This document shows positions 15,205 through 23,914 of a stretch of DNA of 38,420 nt, one piece after another; positions within the stretch are counted from its first letter, which is position 1, and each line of letters begins with the position of its first letter. Made by a program: the position numbers and the translations under genes. This DNA is from a virus (taxonomy: Duplodnaviria > Caudoviricetes): positions 1 through 38,420 of IMG/VR virus record IMGVR_UViG_3300037043_000403. One strand, given 5' to 3'. The notes beneath the pieces were generated by a model. The model ran no database searches. It was given only the letters and a program-made list of their open reading frames with translations, and was not told where the DNA came from.

Positions 15205-16885
15205 GCGCTTCACGCTTGCCGGACCGGGTGATCCGCAAGCCCGCGCCTTCGCCGAAAGGGTCGCCGAGCGGCGGCGGCTGAACGCTGTCCCGCGCCTCTG
15301 GGGCTACCGCGACGCGCGCGGCACGCTCTGGATGTTCGACCCTTACGAGGGCGAGCGGGTTGTCCGCTGGATCGAGACCTTCTGCCGCCATCGCAAGGGC
15401 GAGTGGGCGGGCAAGCCCTTCCGGCTGGCGCCCTGGCAGAAGCGGATCGTCCGGCAGCTGTTCGGATGGTTCGGCCTCGACGGCCACCGCAAGCACCGCG
15501 AAGCCTGGCTGGAGATCCCGCGCAAGAACGGCAAGTCAACCCTCGCCTCCGCGATCGCGGCCTACCTGGCGATCGGTGACCACGAACCGGCGGCCGAAGT
15601 CTACATCATCGCGACCAGCCAGAAGCAGGCGATCGATCTCGTCTACAACGACACGAAGGCGATGATCGAAGGCTCGCCGGCCCTGTCGGCGCAGGTCGAG
15701 ACCGCCAAGAAAGGCGCCTATCACGCGGCCTCCGACAGCCGGATCCAGACGCTCGGCAAGGGCAGCCAGCACGGCTACAACCCGCACGGCGTCATCGGCG
15801 ACGAGGTCCACGAATGGAAGGGCCGCGAACAGTACGAAGCGATGACGACGGCGCAGGGCACGCGCCGCCAGCCGCTGCAACTGTTCATCACGACGGCCGG
15901 GCATGACCGCGCCAGCCTCTGCGGCGAGCTGCACGATGTCGCTCTGCAGGTGCAGCAGGGCCTGATCTACCGCCCGGACCTCTACGTCCGGATCTTCGCC
16001 GCCGGGGCGAATGACGACTGGAAGGACGAGGCGACCTGGCACAAGGCCAATCCGGGCCTGCGCTACGGGGCGCCGAAGATCGCCGCGCTGCGCGAGGCCT
16101 TCATCAAGGCCGAACAATCGAAGGCCGACGAGAACAGTTTCAAGCGCCTCCACCTCAATCTGTGGACGGACAGCCAGACCGCCTGGATCCGGCGCGCCGA
16201 CTGGGACGCCTGCGCCCGCCAGATCGACTGGGGCAAGCTGGCCGGGGCGCGCTGCCTCGCCGGTCTCGACCTCGCCAAGGTGCATGATCTCTCGGCGCTC
16301 GTGCTGCTGTTCACGCCGGACAACCTGCTGTTTCCCGGCAAGTGGATTCTTGCCGCGAAGTTCTGGTGCCCGGAAGACAATATCCGCGAGCGCGCGAAGA
16401 CGGACGGGGTCAATTACCAGGCCTGGTGCGACATGGGCCTGCTGACGGCGACGCCCGGCAACGCGACCGACTTCGACATCATCGAGCGCGACATCCTCGC
16501 GCTGTCCAGGGTGTTCCGCATGGAAGGCCTCGGCTTCGACCCCTGGCTCGCGCAGCAGCTGATCCAGCATCTGATCGATGCCGGCATTCCCTGCCACGAA
16601 GTGCGCCAGGGCTTCATCACACTGGGCCCGCCAACGGCCGCATTTGAACGAATGGTTCTCGCTGGCGAGATCGTTCACGGAGGGCATGCCATCATGAACT
16701 GGAACGTCGCCAACGTGCAGGTCGATACCGATGCGGCGGGCAATATCAAGCCCAACAAGGCCAAGTCGAAGCGCAAGATCGATGGCGTGACGGCGGCGGT
16801 CAACGCGACGGCCCTCGGCCTGACGGTGAAGCTGGCGCCTGACCTGCGCGGGTTCCTGTCGGCGCCTGTGATGTCCGTCAACTGA
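15170..16885 (+). CDS. terL: Terminase large subunit
   Basis: LAPWQ, Walker A PRKNGKST, Walker B GDEVHEW, ITTAG, GLDLA and KIDGVTA. Confidence 0.97.
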   Translation: MAKASTLPPSTRRFTLAGPGDPQARAFAERVAERRRLNAVPRLWGYRDARGTLWMFDPYEGERVVRWIETFCRHRKGEWAGKPFRLAPWQKRIVRQLFGWFGLDGHRKHREAWLEIPRKNGKSTLASAIAAYLAIGDHEPAAEVYIIATSQKQAIDLVYNDTKAMIEGSPALSAQVETAKKGAYHAASDSRIQTLGKGSQHGYNPHGVIGDEVHEWKGREQYEAMTTAQGTRRQPLQLFITTAGHDRASLCGELHDVALQVQQGLIYRPDLYVRIFAAGANDDWKDEATWHKANPGLRYGAPKIAALREAFIKAEQSKADENSFKRLHLNLWTDSQTAWIRRADWDACARQIDWGKLAGARCLAGLDLAKVHDLSALVLLFTPDNLLFPGKWILAAKFWCPEDNIRERAKTDGVNYQAWCDMGLLTATPGNATDFDIIERDILALSRVFRMEGLGFDPWLAQQLIQHLIDAGIPCHEVRQGFITLGPPTAAFERMVLAGEIVHGGHAIMNWNVANVQVDTDAAGNIKPNKAKSKRKIDGVTAAVNATALGLTVKLAPDLRGFLSAPVMSVN

Positions 16886-18099
16886 TGGCGATCGGGGGCA
16901 TGTTCCGGAACATTCGCGGCTGGTTTTCGCGCGGGCGGGGCCTGTTCGTGTCCGGCGAATCGGACGCCGGCGAGGCGGTGACCTATGACCGTGTGCTGGC
17001 GCTCGGCACGGCCTTTGCCTGTGTGCGCAAGCTGGCGGAGAGCGGCAGTTGCCTGCCCTTCATGATGTATACAGTGGAGCCCGGCGGCGTATCTCGGCCT
17101 GACCCCGATCATCCGCTGTCTGAGCTTCTCGGCGACCAGCCGAATGCCGACCAGCCCGCCCAGCAGTTCTGGGAGATGGTCTATGTCCAGCTCTCGCTGC
17201 TCGGCAATCACTACTCTCTGATCCACCGCCTGGCGGGAAGGGTCATCGCGCTGGAACCGCTACCGCCGCACCCGGAAACCTATTGCCGGCGCAATGCCAG
17301 CGGCGCCCGCGAGTTTGTCGTCGGCACCGGACCGCGCGCCGGCGTCCACAAGGAAGCGGATGTCTTTTTCATTCCCGGCTTCGGCGGGGAAATCGACTGC
17401 GGCCTCAGCACCATCGGCGCCGGGCGCAACACGTTCGGCCGGATGCTGTCGCTGGAAAAGCACCAGGCAAAGCTGCTGGCGAACGGCGTGCGGCCCAACA
17501 TGGTGATGACGACCAATAGCACGCTGAACGACGAGCAGCGCGCGATGGCTAAGGAAAACCTCATCAAGCCGTTCGCAGGCGCCGGGAATGCCGGCGGCAT
17601 GATGCTGCTCGAAGGCGGGTTCGACGTGAAGGCGGTGACGATGACGTCGGCCGATGCCCAGCTGCTCGAGCAGGGCCGCTTCGGCGTCACGGAAATCTGC
17701 CGCCTGTTCGGCATTCCGCCCTGGCTGATCGGCCATACGGACGGCGCCAGCAATTGGGGCACCGGCCTCGAGCAACAGTTTCGCGCCTTCGCGAACGTCA
17801 CGCTGAAGCCCTACACGACGCGGATCGTCGGCGAGATCCGCCGGCAGCTGATGACACGCGCAGAGCGCAAGTCCTTCGAGCCCGCCTTCGACCTCGAGGC
17901 GCTGTATGAGGGCGACACGATGACCATGCGCCGCGCCGACGAGATCGACGTGCGCAGCGGCATTCGCCCTGTCAACGAGATCCGGGCCCGCCGCGGCCTG
18001 CCACCGATCGAGGGCGGCGATGTCGCCCGGATGCAGGCGCAGATGGTGCCGATCGTCATCGACCCCAACCAGGGAGCTGGAAATGAACCGCAAGATTGA
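16885..18099 (+). CDS. Portal protein, HK97 family
   Basis: AFACVRKLAES, HPLSELLGDQPN, EICRLFGIPPWLIG, NWGTGLEQQ and NEIRARRGLPPIEGGD. Confidence 0.96.
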   Translation: MAIGGMFRNIRGWFSRGRGLFVSGESDAGEAVTYDRVLALGTAFACVRKLAESGSCLPFMMYTVEPGGVSRPDPDHPLSELLGDQPNADQPAQQFWEMVYVQLSLLGNHYSLIHRLAGRVIALEPLPPHPETYCRRNASGAREFVVGTGPRAGVHKEADVFFIPGFGGEIDCGLSTIGAGRNTFGRMLSLEKHQAKLLANGVRPNMVMTTNSTLNDEQRAMAKENLIKPFAGAGNAGGMMLLEGGFDVKAVTMTSADAQLLEQGRFGVTEICRLFGIPPWLIGHTDGASNWGTGLEQQFRAFANVTLKPYTTRIVGEIRRQLMTRAERKSFEPAFDLEALYEGDTMTMRRADEIDVRSGIRPVNEIRARRGLPPIEGGDVARMQAQMVPIVIDPNQGAGNEPQD

Positions 18100-18805
18100 G
18101 ATGTTGCTCGGGCGAACCGGGTTCGCCGTGAAGCGCAGCGAAGGTGTCCAGTTCAAGGACTTTTCTTTCAAGCTGGAAGGCAAGGCCGAGGGCCGCGAAT
18201 TCGACGGCTATGGGTCCGTGTTCGGGATCGTGGACAGCTATAACGAGGTGGTCGCGCCGGGCGCCTTTGCGAAATCGATCGCCGAGATCAAGGCCAGCGA
18301 CCGGCCGTTGCCGGTGCTGTGGAACCACAACAGCAATGAGCCGATCGGCAAGTATTCCGAACTTTCGGAAGATGCGGTCGGCCTGCGCGTGCGCGGCGAG
18401 CTGCTGACCGGCGCCGTGCAGCGCGCCCGGGAAGTCAGCGAACTGATCGCGGCGAAAGTCGTCAGCGGGCTGTCGATCGGCTTCTGGCCGCGCGCCTATA
18501 CGCGCGATGACAAGACGGGCGTCGTGACGCTGACCGAGTGCGAACTGCGCGAGATTTCGGTGGTGACCTTCCCGGCGAATGGCGAGGCCCGGATCGAGAC
18601 GATCAAGGCCAAGCTCGCCGGCGGCGGGCAATTGTCCGAACGAGAATTCGAGAAGCTCCTGCGGGATGCGGGGCTCTCAAGAAACGAGGCTGTCCGGACC
18701 CTGCGCGCCGGATACCTCGGATATGCCGGTGAGCGGGATGCCACGGGTGAAAAGGCGCGACTCGATGCGCTCGCGGATCTCCGCAGCGTCTTTGCAACCA
18801 AGTAA
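18083..18805 (+). CDS. Prohead protease, HK97 family
   Basis: FDGYGSVFGIVDSYNEVVAPGAF, VLWNH, GLSIGF and LREISVVTFPAN. Confidence 0.96.
   Translation: MNRKIEMLLGRTGFAVKRSEGVQFKDFSFKLEGKAEGREFDGYGSVFGIVDSYNEVVAPGAFAKSIAEIKASDRPLPVLWNHNSNEPIGKYSELSEDAVGLRVRGELLTGAVQRAREVSELIAAKVVSGLSIGFWPRAYTRDDKTGVVTLTECELREISVVTFPANGEARIETIKAKLAGGGQLSEREFEKLLRDAGLSRNEAVRTLRAGYLGYAGERDATGEKARLDALADLRSVFATK
18111..18127. repeat. Dispersed palindrome copy 3 (GGCGAACC-G-GGTTCGCC)
   Basis: Perfect 17-bp palindrome within the 5' end of the protease gene. Confidence 0.9.
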
Positions 18806-18818
18806 CGGAGACATCCCC

Positions 18819-20129
18819 ATGAAACCCCAACACCTCCTCGCCGGCGCTTCGCTGGCAGCGATGGGCTATTACCGCGAGAAGGATGCCGGTGCCGGCCCTG
18901 ACCCGGTCATCGAAGCCGTCACCGCGATCAAGAAGCAGATTGTCGAAAACAACGACAAGATGACCGAAGATCTCGCCAAGCTGAAAAACGATTTCGGCTC
19001 CAAGACGTCCGAGCACGAACGTTTCAAGTCCGAGATCGACGAGAAGCTGACGAGGAACGCGGAAAATTTCGCGAACCTCAAGGCCCTTCTCGATGACCTC
19101 GCCCAGAAGTCGGCGCGCGCCGGCGGCGGCGCGCCGGAGCCGGTCAAGACGCTCGGCAAGCTGATCGTCGAAGACCCGGCCTTCAAAGGCTTCACCGGTG
19201 CCAAGGGCGAGAATGTCCGCTTCAAGGTCAAGGGTGAGATCAGTGTCAAAGCGGTAACCGGTGCGTCCGATTCCGCCGGCGCGCTGATCGAGCCGACACT
19301 TGCCGGCGTGGTGCAGCCGGCCAAGCGCCGCCTCACCATTCGCGGCCTGATCGCCCAGGCGCGCACTAACTCTGACTCCGTCAAGTTCGTGCGCCAGACG
19401 TTCACGAACAATGCGGCGGCGCAGGCCGGTGAAGGCGCGGCGAAAGCCGAGTCGAACATCGTGTTCACGCCGGAAACCGCTGACGTGATCACCGTGGCGC
19501 ACTGGATCCGCGTGTCGCGTCAGGCATTGTCCAACGCGCCTGCGCTGGAAGGCATGATCGATGTCATGCTGCGCTACGGCCTCGCCTACAAGGAGGAGCT
19601 GCAGCTGCTGCTCGGCTCCGGCGAGACCAACAACATCGAGGGCCTGGTCACCGGCGCGACGGCGTTTGCCCGTCCGACCGGCGTGGGCCAGCTGTCGGGC
19701 GTGACGGCGATCGACGTGCTCCGCGTTGCCGCCTTGCAGGCCACCGTCGCGGAATATTTCGTCGATGGTTATGTCCTCAACCCGATCAACTGGACGCTGA
19801 TCGAAATGCTGAAGGACACGACCGGCCGCTATATCGTCGGCAATCCTACCGGCGACGGCAACGCCTCGCTCTGGGGTACGCCCGTTGTGCCGACCAATGC
19901 CATGCCCGCCGGCAACTTCCTCGCGGGCTCCTTTGGTCAGGCGGCGCAAGTGTTCGACCGTGAAGATGCGGACGTCACCCTGTCGGGTGAAGACGCCGAC
20001 AACTTCACCAAGAACATGGTGACGATCCTCGCTGAAGAGGCCCTCACCCAGGCCATCTACGCGCCGCAAGCGCTGGTGACCGGCACCTTCGCCGCCGCCA
20101 CGACTGCGCTGCAGGCCGCCGTCGAATAA
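18819..20129 (+). CDS. Major capsid protein, HK97 fold with delta domain
   Basis: Coiled-coil N-terminus, RRLTIRGLI, EGAAKAES, TVAHW, KDTTGRYI, LWGTPVV and FTKNMVTILAE. Confidence 0.97.
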   Translation: MKPQHLLAGASLAAMGYYREKDAGAGPDPVIEAVTAIKKQIVENNDKMTEDLAKLKNDFGSKTSEHERFKSEIDEKLTRNAENFANLKALLDDLAQKSARAGGGAPEPVKTLGKLIVEDPAFKGFTGAKGENVRFKVKGEISVKAVTGASDSAGALIEPTLAGVVQPAKRRLTIRGLIAQARTNSDSVKFVRQTFTNNAAAQAGEGAAKAESNIVFTPETADVITVAHWIRVSRQALSNAPALEGMIDVMLRYGLAYKEELQLLLGSGETNNIEGLVTGATAFARPTGVGQLSGVTAIDVLRVAALQATVAEYFVDGYVLNPINWTLIEMLKDTTGRYIVGNPTGDGNASLWGTPVVPTNAMPAGNFLAGSFGQAAQVFDREDADVTLSGEDADNFTKNMVTILAEEALTQAIYAPQALVTGTFAAATTALQAAVE

Positions 20130-20154
20130 GCCGCAGCACGGCTGATTGACCCAT

Positions 20155-20186
20155 GCCGGGGCCGGATCGTCCGGCCCCGGCTTTTT
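20155..20186 (+). terminator. Rho-independent terminator after the capsid gene
   Basis: 12-bp stem GCCGGGGCCGGA/TCCGGCCCCGGC followed by TTTTT. Confidence 0.9.
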
Positions 20187-20216
20187 AAGAAACATCCAAC
20201 CCGCGAGGCTTCCCGC

Positions 20217-20609
20217 ATGTCCGAACGCCCCCTCATCCCGCTTCGCCCTGTTGTCATGGGCGCCAATCTCATCATCGAGGGCCAGCCCTATACGCCGGCT
20301 GACGCCCGCGAGACAAAGAAGAAGCTTGCCAGCGGGCGGTGGCGCCCGATGCAGCCCGGCGATCAGGAAGCCTGGGATACCCGCCTCGCGCGCGACCCTG
20401 CGCTGCAGGCCTCTTTCTCAGCGCCCGAGGCCCCTGCCGCCGATGGCGCTGCGGCCGATGCCGGTGCGGAGACGGGCGGCAAAGGCAAGGGCAATGCCAA
20501 GTCGAAAGCCGAGGCCGACGAGAAGGCCAAGGCCGACGCCGAGGCCAAGGCCAAGATGGAAGCCGATTCGAAACCCGGCGCCTCGACCGGGCCCGGCGGC
20601 ATCGGCTGA
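20217..20609 (+). CDS. Hypothetical head-associated protein
   Basis: 130 aa with an Ala/Lys/Glu-rich tail, between capsid and connector genes. Confidence 0.7.
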   Translation: MSERPLIPLRPVVMGANLIIEGQPYTPADARETKKKLASGRWRPMQPGDQEAWDTRLARDPALQASFSAPEAPAADGAAADAGAETGGKGKGNAKSKAEADEKAKADAEAKAKMEADSKPGASTGPGGIG

Positions 20610-20620
20610 CGCGCTTGACC

Positions 20621-21301
20621 GTGCACCGGCTGCAATCCGTTCTTGTCGAGCCGCCGGAGGATCCGGTCTGGACGCTGGCCGATCTCAGGAAGCATCTCGA
20701 GGTCGAGGCCAGCGAGGATGACGCCCTGATCACCGCCTATGCGATGGCGGCGGAAGAGGCGCTCAGCGGTCCGGGCACGATCTACCAGCGCGTCTGGGTC
20801 CACGCGACCTGGCGTGACTTCTGGCCGGACTTCTCGCGCGCCCCTGTGCTGCGGCTCGCGCCCGTGCACGAGATCGCGCGGATCACCTATCTCGACACGG
20901 CCGGTGTGGAGATGCTGATCAACCCGCTGGCCTATTACACGATCGGCGATGTGCTCGGCACGCGTCTCGGCTGGTCGGACGCCTATGCCATCCCCCGCGA
21001 CCTCGCCCGGCGGCCAGATGCGGTGCGGATCGATTATGTGGCGGGTTATGGCCCGCTCGCGGAGGATGCGCCGCAGCGCGTGCGCCAGGCGGTGCGGATG
21101 CTGGTCGGCCACTGGTACCGGCACCGCGAGGACGTGGTGATCGCGGCCGGCGCGCCGAAGGAGCTGCCGAAGGCGGTCGAATACCTGATGGCGCCGCTGC
21201 GCCGGATCGGGGTCGAGGCCTGGGACAGCGTCACGGTGCCGGCGCTCGGTCCGGGCGGTTCGGCCAATGCCGTGCTCGGCCCGGCGGTGAATTTCGAATG
21301 A
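20621..21301 (+). CDS. Head-tail connector protein (gp6-like)
   Basis: TLADLRKHLEV, EDDALITAY, RPDAVRIDYVAGYG and QAVRMLVGHWYRHRE. Start approximate. Confidence 0.9.
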   Translation: MHRLQSVLVEPPEDPVWTLADLRKHLEVEASEDDALITAYAMAAEEALSGPGTIYQRVWVHATWRDFWPDFSRAPVLRLAPVHEIARITYLDTAGVEMLINPLAYYTIGDVLGTRLGWSDAYAIPRDLARRPDAVRIDYVAGYGPLAEDAPQRVRQAVRMLVGHWYRHREDVVIAAGAPKELPKAVEYLMAPLRRIGVEAWDSVTVPALGPGGSANAVLGPAVNFE

Positions 21302-21660
21302 GCTTTCCCGGCAAGCTCCGGTCCCGCGTGACGGTCTACCGGCGCACCGGCGAGACGGACGCCGATCGCGGCGTCTGGACCGAGGGCGCCTCGCGGCGCG
21401 CCGAGATCGTCTCGAAGGGCGCCTCGGACGAGGAGATCGCGGCCGGCGTCGTCGGCCTCGATCATGTGACGATCAGCGTGCGGATCGATCCGGAAACGCG
21501 GACCTGGGACACCAGCATGCGCGTCCAGGAAGTGTTCGGGCCGTCCCGGCAGACCCGCGTGTTTGAACTGAAGGCGCCGCCGCAGGTGGATGAGAGCGGC
21601 CGCTGGCTGATCTTTCCGGCCGTCGCGGGCGCTGTCGATCTCGAAGAGGAGTCTCCCTGA
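21298..21660 (+). CDS. Head closure / head-tail adaptor protein
   Basis: PGKLRSRVTV N-terminus and TSMRV. Follows the connector gene. Confidence 0.82.
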   Translation: MSFPGKLRSRVTVYRRTGETDADRGVWTEGASRRAEIVSKGASDEEIAAGVVGLDHVTISVRIDPETRTWDTSMRVQEVFGPSRQTRVFELKAPPQVDESGRWLIFPAVAGAVDLEEESP

Positions 21661-21890
21661 TGGCCAAGTTCTCGCCCCGGCAGGTGCGCATCCTCCGCGA
21701 CATCACCTATCACCCGCCGGGCACGCTCGCCTGGTACCGCGTGTTCCGGAAGGGCTGGCAAGGCCCGGTCACCGAACAGCAATACAAGTTCCTGCTGGCC
21801 GAACAGGCCGGCGAGCCTGCGATAAACCCCGGCGAAGTGACCGACCCCGGCGCCAATACGGGCGCCGGGCCTGACGGATCTTCGCCGTGA
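21660..21890 (+). CDS. Small hypothetical protein
   Basis: 76 aa, coupled on both sides, GAGGAG SD. Confidence 0.7.
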   Translation: MAKFSPRQVRILRDITYHPPGTLAWYRVFRKGWQGPVTEQQYKFLLAEQAGEPAINPGEVTDPGANTGAGPDGSSP

Positions 21891-22327
21891 GATATATCGC
21901 CGGCGGGCGGATCGATGCCCGCAAGGCCATGGCCAAGGCCCGGCGCCTGCCGCCGCGTGTCGCGGCGCAGGTGCGGGAGGCGACCGAGGCCAATGCCAGA
22001 TCGCTGGCGCGCGATGCGCGTCTCGGCGCGCCGGTGGGCGCGACCGGCGAGCTGGTGCGCAGCCCGGAGGCGGAGGAAGTGCGCGGCTCGCTGGGCACCG
22101 CCTGGCGCACGACGTCCGGCAATGCCAAGGCCTTCTATGCGCATATCGTCGATGGAGGCACAAAGCCCGGCACACGGATGATCCGGCGCGGCAAGCGCAA
22201 GGGCCTCAGCTTCAAACATCCCGGCACGCGCGCCGTGGGCTTCCACCGCGCGCGCTATGCGCTGAAGCGGGCGGAGTACCGCAAGCGGATGCGGCAGGCC
22301 TACCGCGACGGGGCGCGCGGCACATGA
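21887..22327 (+). CDS. HK97 gp10-like neck/tail completion protein
   Basis: APVGATGELVRS, FYAHIVDGGT and HPGTRA. Confidence 0.85.
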   Translation: MRYIAGGRIDARKAMAKARRLPPRVAAQVREATEANARSLARDARLGAPVGATGELVRSPEAEEVRGSLGTAWRTTSGNAKAFYAHIVDGGTKPGTRMIRRGKRKGLSFKHPGTRAVGFHRARYALKRAEYRKRMRQAYRDGARGT

Positions 22328-22767
22328 TCGAACGCGCGACGGGGATCCTGATCGATGCGGCGGGCGCGGCGCTCAGGGCCGATGCTGGCGTGATCGCGGC
22401 CTTCGGTGACAAGCCGGTCAAGGTGATGGAAGTGGTGCCGGAGGCCGGGCCGACAAAGACGCCGGCCTATCCCTATGTGACCTTCGGCGCCGCCGAGAAG
22501 CGGCGGCTGAAAGAGTATTGCGGCGCGGCGCGGGCGCGCGTCACCCTTTTCGTGCAGGTCTGGGACTCCAATCGCAGCATCCGGCGCGTCAGTGATATCG
22601 CCGAGGCCTGCGAGCTGCCGCTGATCCGGCTGGTACTAGATCCGTCCACGAACATCCGGCTCACGGCGCGCGAGCACCAGCTGACCCGCTGCAATTATGA
22701 TGCGGAACGCCAGCTGCTTTACGGCCTCTGCCAGATCGAATTCGAGGTCTCGGCCCTGACGGCCTGA
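22324..22767 (+). CDS. Tail terminator (DUF3168-like)
   Basis: ALRADAGVIA, PAYPYVTFG and VQVW. Precedes the tail tube gene. Confidence 0.82.
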   Translation: MIERATGILIDAAGAALRADAGVIAAFGDKPVKVMEVVPEAGPTKTPAYPYVTFGAAEKRRLKEYCGAARARVTLFVQVWDSNRSIRRVSDIAEACELPLIRLVLDPSTNIRLTAREHQLTRCNYDAERQLLYGLCQIEFEVSALTA

Positions 22768-22845
22768 GCCTTCGCACCCTCACTCCCGGGCGCCGTGCCC
22801 GGAGCCTTTCTGCCGGGCAGGCAGGACATCAACATGGAGCCCATC

Positions 22846-23316
22846 ATGGCTGACTATCTCCAGGAGCTGCTCGGCAAGCATGTGCTGCTGTATGTCGAGA
22901 GCACGACAACCGCCGACCTGTTCGAGAAGAAGTGTTTCTTCGCCGAGTCGCTGAGCCATACGTCGGACAAGACGTATGACGAGTATGAAAGCCGCGACTG
23001 CACCGATCCCGACGCGCCGGCCGCCAAGCGCCGGACGCTGAAGTCGATCTCGGACACGTTCACCGGCACCGGTCACATCAAGTCGGACGCGCAGCTGCAG
23101 GAGCTGGACACCTGGCACTATACCGATGTGAAGCGGAACGTGGAGCTGCGGCTGCATGAGGCCGAGGCGGACGGCACGATCGGCGCGCTGGTCGCGACCT
23201 ATGAAGGCGCCGCCCGGCTGCAGGTCGGCAGCCGCGATTACAATCCCGGCGGGCCGATCATCGTCTCGGCGACGATCCTGTTCGACGGGACGATTACCCG
23301 GGTCTATCCGGCCTAA
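22846..23316 (+). CDS. Major tail tube protein
   Basis: DCTDPDAPA, SISDTFTGTG and SATILFDG. GGAG SD and expected position. Confidence 0.85.
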   Translation: MADYLQELLGKHVLLYVESTTTADLFEKKCFFAESLSHTSDKTYDEYESRDCTDPDAPAAKRRTLKSISDTFTGTGHIKSDAQLQELDTWHYTDVKRNVELRLHEAEADGTIGALVATYEGAARLQVGSRDYNPGGPIIVSATILFDGTITRVYPA

Positions 23317-23328
23317 GGCGCGCGGCCC

Positions 23329-23784
23329 GTGGCGCGCGTCATCTTCTATCTCGGCAGCAGGCCCTATCCGTTCTGCCTCGATGCGCCTGGCGTCGCGGAG
23401 ATCGAATCCCTCACGGGGTTCGGTCTCTGGGCGCTGGAGGCCCGCCTCGCCTCCGCGACCTGTACGTCGCGCGAGGTGCAGGCGGCCTTCCGCCTCGGGC
23501 TGACCGGCGCAGGCCTCGCAGAGAAAGAGGCCCTGCAGCTGACGGCGTCGCATGTCGTGATCGGCCGGATGGAGAAGGCGCGCACAATCGCGCTCGCAGT
23601 CGTGGCCGATGCGATCCGGGGCGTCACCGAGGCGGAGGCGGAATCGGAACGGCCGGGAAAGCCGGCGGGGGAAAGCCTTCCCCCTTCCGCACCCTCGCCA
23701 ACGGACGCTTCAACTGGACCGCCATCCTCGGCGGCCTCGCGGCGCAAGGGATCGCGCCGTCCGCCCTCCGGGGCACCGAAATGA
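23329..23784 (+). CDS. Tail assembly chaperone (gpG / GTA-gp10-like)
   Basis: VAEIESLTGFG and VQAAFRLGLTGAG, with an in-frame slippery G-GGA-AAG. Lies between tube and tape measure genes. Confidence 0.85.
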   Translation: MARVIFYLGSRPYPFCLDAPGVAEIESLTGFGLWALEARLASATCTSREVQAAFRLGLTGAGLAEKEALQLTASHVVIGRMEKARTIALAVVADAIRGVTEAEAESERPGKPAGESLPPSAPSPTDASTGPPSSAASRRKGSRRPPSGAPK

Positions 23785-23900
23785 TTGATCTCATCCGCCT
23801 GCTGAACGGCCTCGCGCTGATCACCAGCAGCGAACCCGGTTCGCCGGTCAGCCGCGCCTCGCCGGCGGCGATCGCGCAATTCATGTCCGACGATTTCTGA
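23655..23900 (+). CDS. -1 frameshift extension of the tail chaperone (gpGT-like)
   Basis: GGGAAAG at 23655-23661. The -1 frame is open to TGA 23900 (GKAGGGKPSPFRTLANGRFNWTAILGGLAAQGIAPSAL...QFMSDDF) and ends just before the tape measure gene. Confidence 0.85.
   Translation, partial: GKAGGGKPSPFRTLANGRFNWTAILGGLAAQGIAPSALRGTEMIDLIRLLNGLALITSSEPGSPVSRASPAAIAQFMSDDF
23830..23844. repeat. Dispersed palindrome copy 4 (GCGAACC-C-GGTTCGC)
   Basis: Perfect 15-bp palindrome in the gpGT extension, about 70 bp upstream of the tape measure gene. Confidence 0.9.
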
Positions 23901-23914
23901 GGGAGGGCCGCCAG

